Positions 11,174 to 23,100 of a stretch of DNA of 64,000 bases are shown one piece after another (within the stretch, counting starts at the first letter, position 1; each line of letters opens with the position of its first letter). Position numbers and translations under genes: made by a program. The notes under the pieces are model-generated. The model did no database searches, was not told the DNA's origin, and saw nothing but the letters and a program-made list of their open reading frames with translations. This DNA is from Ostrea edulis (lineage: Eukaryota), in the NCBI RefSeq assembly GCF_947568905.1, contig NC_079167.1, positions 33,294,001 through 33,358,000 on the forward strand, given 5' to 3'.

Positions 11174-14114
11174 GTGCGTGTGTCTAGAGATTTTCTTTAA
11201 TGAGGATCTGAAGTTCGCAAAACATGGCGAACATATGCCACATAGGCAATGTTTGGGTATGCTGTGATTTATCGATAGGCTTAGACTAAAAGACTGCAAG
11301 ATGTGCACGCAGTAATCACAACGCAGAAGCACATTTTCTCCATGTCGGGCTCGGTTGTTTCATTACTTATGTGATAGATAATTGTACAACTGTTGTATGC
11401 CATATCACACGTTCAAAATGTTGAATAATTTCAGTTGAGACGTTGTCTGAGGATGAAGATGACTTTGTGGCTGGTCATGGGGAGAATATTGGTGTCTCTT
11501 CCACTCACTACCATACCACGTCAGACTTTGTTCCGACTCCCGGGGGTCCATTTTCAGCATTGACTCCATCAATGTGGCCAGAGGACATCCTCGCAAATTT
11601 AGGAAACCCAGTAGGTACCCCCCTCCCCCAAGGAAATGTTGGTGCATTTAGATCATCTATTATAGTTCCTTGCCAATGAACCATGCATGACACTTCTTTG
11701 TCATGAATGACATCTTATCACAATATGCTTGAAATTTACAATATGAATTCTCTTTTAATAGTATGTTGCAATCAGTATAAATCTAATTCTAAACCTGCTC
11801 TAGGTCTTACCATGACCAAACTTGCATGATAATTATATTTTGGGATTTCTTTATGTATGAAAATTGCAGTATAATATATTTATCTTTGTAGCTTGTACAT
11901 AGAGGGCATATATTAAGGTATCAGGAGAACTCGTACCCAGGAGAACTCGTACCCAGAAATTTGGGTATGAGTTCTCCAAGAGAAGTCGTACCCATCAATA
12001 TCTGGGTACGAGTTCTCCTGCAGAAAAACTTTGTCATTTTAATAAATAGAAATGTGGTTATGAGTTCTCCTAAAGAAAAACTTGTCAATTGTATCATAAA
12101 AATCTGGGTACGAGTTCTTTCAGGAGAACTCTTACCCAGCTTTTTGACAGAAATGACAAAGTTTTTTCTGCAGAACTCGTACCCAGATTTATCGGATAAA
12201 ATGACTATGTTTTTTTCTCAGGGAGAACTCATACCCAGAGTTTTATAATACAATTGACAAGTTTTTCTGCAGGAGAACTCGTACCCACTTTTCTATTTGA
12301 TAAAATGACAACTTGAAGTTTTTCTGCAGGAGAACTCGTACCCAGGTATTGATGGGTACGATTTCTCTTGGAGAACTCGTACCCAAATTTCTGGATACAA
12401 GTTCTCCAGAAGTCATATATGCATATATGTACTTAGAATCAATATGCATATTCTGCTTTAGAATTTTTAGATACGCCAAAGTTAAGTACCGTGTGAAATA
12501 TTCATGTACTTAATAAATGTAGTTGCTTTACAACTGCAAACCCTTCTTGAGCCTGGTGATGGTTCAAACCCAAGGTATTTAAAATAGGTAGTGACTGTAC
12601 CTTCATTAATTGCTTGATGTTAAAAGTGAAAGGCATGGGCCCTTTTGGAACTGAGGCTATTATGTGTCATGGTTGACATTGCCAAGTAAAGAAACCTCGC
12701 TGCTAAAGTACAGAGTTCCAAGTAGTCAAAATTTATGGGACTTCACCTACAATTGGTGATGTCTTTATACTAGTAAAATCTCATGAGTGGGATCTAAAAC
12801 AACAGACAATAAACAAACAGAACTTAATGTAGTCTTGATTGAAATGACTTTAATTCTTGTGTATATATTTGCAATAGGCAAACAGCTTTAACAGCATCTA
12901 AGGAGTATATTTAATGAAGAAGATTGAATTTTATTTTACTATGCATCTAATGAAAAGTATATCGATGACTTGCTAATAGAAAAATGACAGTCCCACACAA
13001 TGATTATGTTGTGATGAGTGTCGAACCCAGTGTGGTGTGTGTGTATATATATATATGTATATTCAGATGATTTGTACATTTAATGCTTATTAATTGCTTA
13101 TTAATTTCTATAGCCAGAAGACCCTAGTGGCCAGCTTGATTACAGATATGATGAGTTTGGATTTAAAGTGGAGGAAGAAGGTGTGTGTGTAGATAATGTT
13201 TTAGTACTCTAAATGTGACATCAGTGAATGTAGCTGAAGTACCATCACAAGCCATGGAATACTGCCTGTATACTTATTTTAGCAGGATTCATAGCCATGG
13301 AATACTGCCTGTATACTTATTTTAGCAGGATTCATAGCCATGGAATACTGCCTGTATACTTATTTTAGCAGGATTCATAGCCATGGAATACTGCCTGTGT
13401 ACTTATTTTAGCAGGATTCATATTCTAGTACCTTTGGCAGTGAAGCAAGAGTGCCAATTTATGGTCTTGTTAAACTTAAAAATCAATGTATCCAGTATTA
13501 AACACAGAATAATTGTTACATCATGTTAACACCAAATAGTACAACAGATCTGATTATTCGGAATTTTAAATCTGTTAAAATATGTACACAATTGCAAGGT
13601 TTATGTCCACAAATGTGGTGTGGCAAACAGAGAATGGACAACAATGGCTGCTGTGAAAGTCGTTAGCTCAGATTTTGCGACATTTATTTCAAAGTAATTT
13701 TTTTCACATATCTTGACATATAATTCTATAGAGCAATCTATCTAGCCCCGTAATCAGATATGTGACTGTTGTATTAATTTTTTTTTGTAGATGGCCCAGA
13801 GGAAAACTCAAGTAAGCTCTTAAGCACCCCATTTATTGAGGACCCTCAGCATCGGTTGAAATGGACAGCATATCTGGAGTTCACACACAACAATGAAGTG
13901 GGAGATCTGACATGGGACAAGGTGAAGGCTTATTATCTCCCTTGAAACAGATTTGTTGAGCGACACTTGTGTACAAGGTTTAAGCCACATTGTATAAAGA
14001 TCTTGGTTCCTTTTGGTTGTTTTAGGTCAAATGTAATGCATCAAGGTGTTTATCAAACTTTGAGAAATGGTACCTTGCTTTTCAAATCTAAAAGGTCAAA
14101 ACTACTGGATGAGA

Positions 14115-14152
<38 letters not shown>

Positions 14153-17100
14153 GATGTGCAAGACTGAAAGCCTTATCAATTTCACATTTTGGGGATGTTC
14201 CACACATTCTCACGATGTCAAGGTTTCGTGATTACATACAACACCTGTGTATGGAGGTAGGTATTCACAAAACCTTTGACATTGTGAAGATGTGTGTAAG
14301 ACAGCATCCCCCAAATGTGAAATTGAGGATGTCTTGCACAAGGTTATGATTTCTTGTTGGTTTTATAAAGTAAAAGGACAAGGTCACTGGAAAGCCTTTT
14401 GAAAATATGCTGAAAGCTTATTAAATCCCACTCTTTACATATTTTATACCTCATTAAGGAGTTACATTCTGGTTCTTTGATGATTCTTGAAGAAACAATG
14501 AACTTGATATTTCATGCATGATTACAAATGGTGGGTGTGAGATCCCCATGGATTGTCGAGGAAATTACTAAAAGGTTAAACTCACTGTTGTCAGTATTGG
14601 TTCTATAAAAGAAACAAAGAAATAATTTGATTTCACACAGTATTTTCCATATGTAGTATTTACAAACTTCTTATCATTTAAGTCGAAGGTAAATATATGC
14701 CCAATTCCATTATACATGTATTATACAATGAATTAAATCTATTTTCAAATCAATCTACCATAAAGCATGATATTCAGTACATTTGCAATTTTCTTTTAAT
14801 TGAGAATTAATATTGATAAGTCACATGAGGGTGGGGATACCTTAATTGTGAGTACAGAATTAAGGACACAGAATACCCCCAAAAATTGTTATAGAATTTT
14901 GTAAAACTGTTTATAAATGTTTTAATATTGATAAAACCACATTTACCACAAAATTTTCCTATCAAACCACCTTTATTTTTGAATCATTCACAAATCTTTA
15001 CTTGAAAATTTAAATTCAATGGAAAAGCATTACTCAAAAATTTAAATTCTTCAAAAATGTCTTTTTATTGGTGCATTTCATGTACATGTATTAATGACTG
15101 GTTTTAATACATAATTTTAAAAAAATCAAATATTAATAGAAAATTCCACATAAACACAGCAAAATTCTGTTTCATTTGATGCATCCAAAATCTTTGTTAG
15201 AATCTCAAGAATTTAGAAACATTTATAATTACAATAATTGTATGCCTCTGTGTAATGATTGATTGATTGTATCTTGCTGAACTTCTCTCTCAAGAATTTT
15301 TCACTCTTATGGAGACGTCTCTGTGTAATGAAATCTTTTCCTCTTGTGCAGGTTGAACCACGGCTTCCCAGATCGGAGAAGCTGAGAGCCATGGTGAAGC
15401 AGGGTATTCCCCACTCGCTACGGCCACACATTTGGATGAGGCTGTCGGGGGGAATGGAAAAGAAACTCAAGTCTGATGTCACATACAAAGACATCGTCAA
15501 AGCCAGCTCTAATGATCTACTTATGACATCAAAACAAATTGAGAAGGTAGCAGACATTAAAGAAATAAATTTTATTTTTGAAAACGTGAGGGAATGAACG
15601 ATGATGCTTCATGCTATTTGTTTAAATAGACTTCTATATTTATCGAGATTCATACATGCATCGTTTACAACTGCAGTGCATTCATGAGGAAATGTTTATT
15701 ATTACAATTTGTGAGGCGAAAATGTTGGAATTGTAAATTTCACATTGTAGTCATAATTTTGCACACTATCCACAATAATATTGTACAATGTACAGTTTCA
15801 TTGGTACATAGATTAAAAACTCGTGTTACTATCCACGATAATATTGTACATCAGTTTCATTGGTACAAAGATTAAAAGATCCTATTTTTCTGGTATAGAT
15901 TGATTTGTTTCTTACAGCCTTGTATCTGTTACAGGACTTACTGAGAACAATGCCAAGCAATGCCTGTTTCTGTAATATCCATGGGACTGGGGTCCCCAGA
16001 CTAAGACGGATACTGAGGGGCCTGGCCTGGCTGTACCCAGACATAGGTTACTGTCAGGGTACAGGAGTGGTAAGTCTTGTTACTGTCAGGGTACAGTAGT
16101 AGCAGGAAATAATCCACCGGAAATAGCATTTCATGTCGCTAAATCTTGTCCATTAAAAAAAAACATACATGTAACAGTTTGTAAATAGTATTGGCAAAAT
16201 TTTCTTTTACAGTTAATTTTTCAGATACATTGTCCTATGTTTGAGATTAAAACTTTTCGAAAAACCATATTACAAAGTATTATTTAATACATAAAAACCA
16301 TATTACAAAGTAAATTTTGCATTACTGTCATGACTTGATATTGTTAAAAAATGAGCTGAAAAGGAAAGTATGCATACATATGTGCAGTAGACCGGAACTA
16401 AATGTTTGATTTATTTGGAGTAGATAGCTAGCTCCCTTTTGCTGTTTATGGAGGAGGAGGACACGTTCTGGATGATGTGTGCCATTATCGAGGACCTGCT
16501 GCCGGCTTCTTACTACTCCAGTACTTTGATTGGGATACAGGCAAGAATCGGACCAAACAAATACAGTGGAACCTCATTATTTTGTTCCAATATAATATGC
16601 AGTGTAGCGTAATAAACAGGGAACATAAAAACGAGGTTCCACTGTACATTATTCAGTGAAAGTTTTTTTATATCCTCGTATGTGTTCTTAAAGCTTGTTT
16701 TGATGCTGATAGTCTTATTTACAGCAAATGAATTTTGGCAGAAAAAAAAGTGTAGCTTGAGTGTACACTTATGATAATAAATGTGTGTTGATATGAAACA
16801 CTGTTTTGTTTTCTACATACAGGCAGACCAGAGAGTGATGAGACACTTGATCATTAGCTACTTAACAGAAATAGACCTTGTTCTTAAGGAACATGACATT
16901 GGTATGTACAAAACATAAAATAGGAAAAGAGTAGTGTTATCTAAAACTTGGAAACGTCTACTGACAAATCATGCATCAGGTTGTAGTGCTCATCATGCTC
17001 AGCTCATGCATTCTATGTGGTTTGCTTTGTGTTGAAATGCATGGAGTAAATACTGACTAACTTGAGGAAACTAAAGTATCTGACAGATTATACATGTATG

Positions 17101-20100
17101 TAGCAATATTGGCTTTAAAAAGTCTTGAAAATGAAGATGAATAGATATTGATAAAATTAGCTGATAGTGTTAATTTCTGTGTTGTTGACATCTACACCTG
17201 GCATGTAGAGACCTTGGCCTGTGTTTACTAACAACCTGAGTCCTGTAGCATGCTGCATGTCTTTACAGAGCTGTCCCTAATCAGCCTGCACTGGTTCCTC
17301 ACACTCTTTGCCAGTGTCGTTCACATGAAGGTACTCCTCAGGATCTGGGATTTATTTTTCTATGAGGGCTCCACTGTTCTCTTCCAGATCACGATGGGCA
17401 TGCTCAAAATGAAGGTTTGTCACACTGTTTACACAAGTCTCATGTGAAATCAGGATTTATATGATTGTGTGTCTAATGAATGAGAGCCGTATTAGGTTTT
17501 GTTCAAGTCACTGCATGACAATGGGAGTTGTCCTCCTTAAAGTTAGGACAATGTTAATGATGATTAACAACTGAAAAATAAACTTATGGAATGCACCCAT
17601 GAACAAGTAATATTTTGCGACATCATTGTGTACATCCAGGAAGCATTTATCAATATAAAAATACCACACACCAGGAAATTTTCACCCTGTTTTATTTTCA
17701 ACCATACGCATTGGAAATTGATTTCTCTCAGATTTGAATTTGCCCGATGTTGTTTTTACTACTTAAAAGTAATGAAAGAATATATCCTTGCTCAGTTTTA
17801 AACTTTCCTATGAAGAATAAAGGATTTTCCCTGCATATACTATGCGATATTTAAATGAGGTTTCCTGGTTATATCGATATCAATAATTTTCTGCGGTTGG
17901 AAATTTTTGTGAGATTTGATCTTTAAATGGTAGCAAATTATATTCTACATATCCAATTTCTGCAATTGCATTATACCTACCGGAGTCTGTGTACCTATGA
18001 GCATGTATATATATTTTGCACTTGTAATTTTGCCGGTGTTTTTCCAATCTGCAAAAAATGGACAACCACAGAAAATACCTGTTATATGGTTTATGATTGG
18101 CAGAGATAACAATATGCAAAGTAAAGACTCTAAAGAGAGAGTAATTTATCAATCTCAAACATTCTCAACAAGGAAAATATGGTTTTTTTTATGTGTGATA
18201 TAAAGATTATTATATTTCATGTTTAAATGAAAAAAAAGTTTTCAATGTGATTTTATTATTGGTAGTAATTTGGTTTCCTCATTTTTTTTGTTGAAAACCA
18301 ACTTGAGTTGTTTTTGTGGTTCTGTCAGAGCACGAATTCAGTACATTTATTGCTCTGATGTAAAGGAAGATGATGGAGTATATTGCGGGGAAATTAACAC
18401 ATCAATGATAGGATTTATAAAAATTTTTCTATTCATATAATTGATGATTCCACAATATAAGACAATGTGCATATGTTTCATAGGAGGATGAGTTGCGTAC
18501 TCTGGATAACTCGGCACAAATTTTTAACTCCCTTTCTGATGTACCTGGGGATGTTCAAGATGTGGAGGATCTCATAGAGGTAAACAGCACTGAAGGATTT
18601 GTCATTTGAACCTCATTTGAAAAGGCATGCAAATTGTTGACATTGGAAAAGGTGTTTGTTCATTGTTTATTTTATCGTGAATTGTTGACAGGTGTCTTGT
18701 GTTTTAGATTTCCTATCGAGTGGCTGGGTCACTCACAGACATGGTTATAGAATCTCAAAGAAGGAAACATTTGGCTTATCTAATGGCTGATCAAGGAGCA
18801 ATAGTCAATCCCGATTCAGCAAAGAACCTGCCAAAACAAGTGGGTAATTTCTTCTTTTTTTTTATATGGAGTACTGAAATAAATTGCATGTAAATTTAAT
18901 TAAGTGTATAAATCATGATAACTTAGTTTTGAAGTAAATTTTATGAGGTTATGGATTTGCTAAATTAGGTTTCTTGTGAATGGTTTTGTATAAATTTGTG
19001 GTGATGAACAAATTTAATGTTGGCAAAAATGATATCTTGCTGATAAAATTGGACAAGACAGTATTAAGGAAATAAAGTTGCATGAATTTTAAGTAATTCA
19101 AAGTATGCAATAAAGTAAAATGCTTACATACAGCAATTCTATGTTTTGTCCTTCATCTTTTTAGTTCCCTACTGGCAAACCGGAGGGGACTTTAGGTTTG
19201 CACTCTGTCTCTCCATCTGTCAGTCTCACCATCTGTCTGCAAGTCTGTGACAAATCAGTTTTCTAAATTTTTTTCAACATGCATGCAGATATTCATTTGG
19301 TATATTGCTTTAACATGACAAGTTACAGATCAAGTTCAAATTTTGTTCTTTTCCATTGATTTCCTGCAGAGTTATGTCCCTTGAACTTAGCATAAACTGT
19401 TGATTCATGATTTTTCACGCAGAATATTACTCAGACGACTTGACATGGGGCCGGTAGGGGACATTTATTGCTATGCAGTACTTACAAAATGCTTGTTTTT
19501 AACAGCAATTAAACAAAAGACATTTGAAGAGGTCTCGTTCCCTGGTCTCAACATTACTGTGGGGTGAAGTCGAAGAAGATGATTTTGGGAAAGCTAAAAA
19601 CATTCGCCAAACTGAAATTCTGGTTGACTTGCGGGAAGCAATACTGAAAATAGCTCGTCACTTCCAGTCATTGGATCCAAAGAACAACAAAGTGGTAAAC
19701 AAAATTTCAAAGTTCTGCATGGATATGTGATAGGGTCTTATTATCTTTTTAATGGTCAAGATATTTGGAATTTTAAATTTAAAGAATGTTACCCAATTTA
19801 GAATAAGCTTGGAAATGAGTAACAGTCCAGTAGTGACATTTTGATGTAGTGATTGAGAAGAGGTAATTAGTATTTCTTATCTTTTTCCAGTAGAAATATT
19901 ATGACTGTTGTCAGTTTTCTTGTCATATCAAAATTTTTCACAGGAGTGATTGATGCATTTACATGTATTTTCCAAATCATACTGTATACCAGAAATGTAG
20001 ATTTACGTGAGAAACGCTTTTCCTTTCATAGGAATGGGTCTAGAATATAAAAATTTCACAAAGAAAATATTTTCCCAATTCTAATAGTGCTATCTTTTCC

Positions 20101-23100
20101 CATTCCTAAAACACTGAAGTAAACAAGCACTGAAGTATAAGGAATCTTTTGATCAGATATTGACAGCAGATTATGCAATGGAAAGTCATGCCAAAGATCT
20201 GGAGAATTATGTGAACGTAGCAAGGAACAAACGACGTCGGGCCAAGGCTCTCCTGGACTTTGAACGTCATGACGACGATGAACTGGGCTTCAGGAAGAAT
20301 GACATTATCACTGTATGTATTCATTACTGGACATAACTTCATCTACATTGTATGTAAAAAAAAAAATTCAAACTTTCACACTGCCCAAGATGATTTCAAT
20401 TTTTTTCTAGATTGTATATGTTATTGAACAGATATTTATGTATCCATATCAAAGATGCAGGTGCCCTGTAGTTCTGTCTGTGTGTCTGTATGTCAACACT
20501 TGTTTGTAACATGTGTTATATAATCTATAGACTTTGTATCCAGTATGTAAGTATACAATGGTCAGAGGGGAAAATATGTAAATTTTTAGGTCAGAAGGTC
20601 AAAATTCAAGGTCATAAGATAATGACTTTCAGTATTATATATTAACTTTTATGATATTCATGTTCATACAAAGGTAGAGGGAGGTGAAAGAAGGATGTTC
20701 AATAATTTTGGAGTATTAGGTCAAAGGTCAGAATAGTGCTGGTTTAATGAGCTTACTGCAGGTTTTGAATTATTTGTCACTTTGATTGTTTCGTTAGTGT
20801 AACTGTGGAGCATTAAAGTTTTTTGAATCTGTTGTATAATCTTTCTCTACAGATCATATCTCAGAAAGATGAGCACTGTTGGGTTGGGGAGTTGAATGGT
20901 TTGAGGGGCTGGTTTCCTGCGAAGTTTGTGGAGTTACTGGATGAGAGGAGTAAGCACTACAGCTCAGCTGGGGACGACAGTGTCACAGAGACCATCACAG
21001 ACCTCGTCAGGGGGACGTAAGTCTGATACAGATTTAATGTCACTGTCACAGACCTCGTCAGGGGAACGTAAGTCTGATACAGATTTAATGTCACTGTCAC
21101 AGACCTCGTCAGGGGGACGTAAGTCTGATACAGATTTAATGTCACTGTCACAGAGACTGTCACAGACCTCGTCAGGGGAACGTAAGTCTGATACAGATTT
21201 AATGTCACTGTCACAGACCTCGTCAGGGGGACGTAAGTCTGATACAGATTTAATGTCACTGTCACAGAGACTGTCACAGACCTCGTCAGGGGAACGTAAG
21301 TCTGATACAGATTTAATGTCACTGTCACAGACCTCGTCAGGGGGACGTAAGTCTGATACAGATTTAATATCACTGTCATGGAGACCATCAAAGATGTGGT
21401 CAGGGAAATGTGAGGCTAGATATTGAGATTAAATGTCCTTAATAGGTATAGATAGTGTTTGATTGAATGATAATTTAAAAGAGAAAATGAGATGCTATAA
21501 ATAAAGCAGATAGGGGAAAATAGTCATATTCAATGTTTCAATGGTATGTACATTGTATCTTTTACTCATTATGGAAACTTTGTGTTTCAGACTCTGTCCA
21601 GCATTAAAAGCAGTGTTTGAGCACGGATTGAAGCGGTCATCAATTTTAGGGTCTGCCTGTCATCCTTGGTTGTTTTTTGAGGAGGTGGGTGGTTTATTAT
21701 TGCAGTTTTGGATGAACTGCTATAAATATGAGAATTAAGATATTATATGTGAAAGGAAATACGATGTAAGTAATTGTGATTTGGTATGTAGTGATTTTTA
21801 TTCACAGGCGGCCACCAAAGAAGTAGAGAAGGACTTCCAGTCGGTGTATTCCAGGCTGGTGTTATGCAAGACATACAGGTAATTAAGACATTTATTAATG
21901 ACTGAAATGTACAAAACTGATTTAATATTGAATATACCAGCTTCAAGGAAATTGTTGGGGGGATGTCTGTAGTTTCCATGCTATTATTCAAATATGTTTT
22001 GGCTTCGGGTGATGATACATCATGCCTGTAGTTAACTGAAAGATGATTTCTTTTGAAGGCGGGGGGGGGGGGGGGGGGGGGGGGGGGGTCATTAAGTCAA
22101 AGGTCAGGGTCAAATTGGAGCATTTTTCAAAATTGAATCCCATTAGAGCAGTTCTTTAATAGTAATAACAGGACAATTTAAAAATGTGGCACACATTTTA
22201 TAAGGGAGGAAACTCTGAGGTCACACGTTTACAATCTTTGTTTTACTATGAATGACTATTTTACTATAAAATATGTTCAAACCAACATTTTTGTAGACTT
22301 GATGAAGATGGCAAAGTACTTACACCAGAGGAGATACTATACAGGGTATGTATAGGTCTTCCCCCGATCATAAAACTTTATCAAGTACTAATACTAGAGG
22401 AGATCTATACGGGGTATGTGTTTAATGTCATAGAAGTTACAGGAAACTGGCGGCTGTAATACTACTACTGCTGTGTAAATTGTGTAATCAACACCAAATG
22501 ATATCTCCATGGTTTATCTAATGTATAGATTGTGTTTTGATTGACATGTAGATAAACATTATTTGTTGATTGTAGGCGGTCCACGCTGTCAATGTATCAC
22601 ATGATGCCTGCCACGCCCAGATGGATGTCAAGTTTCGATCACTTATTTGTTGTGGCCTTAAGTAAGCCTGATATTTCACTTTCTTATGATACTGTCCCAT
22701 GGAGATCCCGGTTAGAATAGGTTCTCAGTACCCCTTCCTTGTTGTGAGAGGCGACTGAATGGGGTGGTCTTTCGGATGAGACCGTAAAAACCGAGGCCCC
22801 ATGTCACAGCAGGTGTGGCATGATAAAGATCACCTACTGTGACACGGGACCTTGGTTTTGCTGTCTCATCCAAAAGATCGCCCCATTTAGTCGCCTCTTA
22901 CAACAAGCAAGGGGTATGGAGGACCTACTCTAACCCGAATCCCCATGGGTTTCCATTATAAAACTTTTGAGATGATTAAAGGGGAGATGTATCATACCTC
23001 AAAAGTAGGTCATGATTAATGATGAACAATAGATTTTTGAAATGATTGATTGACATAATTGGTTCACTGTTGTTTGGATTTGTGAGGTGGATAATGTTTA

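Noticed and set aside
11018-11332. Cys-rich minus-strand ORF resembling a zinc finger
   Set aside because: It starts at a non-ATG codon, overlaps SGSM3 exon 1 antisense, and has no recognisable Zn-finger spacing.
20926-21426. 166-aa and 144-aa repeat-protein ORFs
   Set aside because: They are alternative-frame read-outs of the 51-bp array; the true frame is SGSM3 exon 14.
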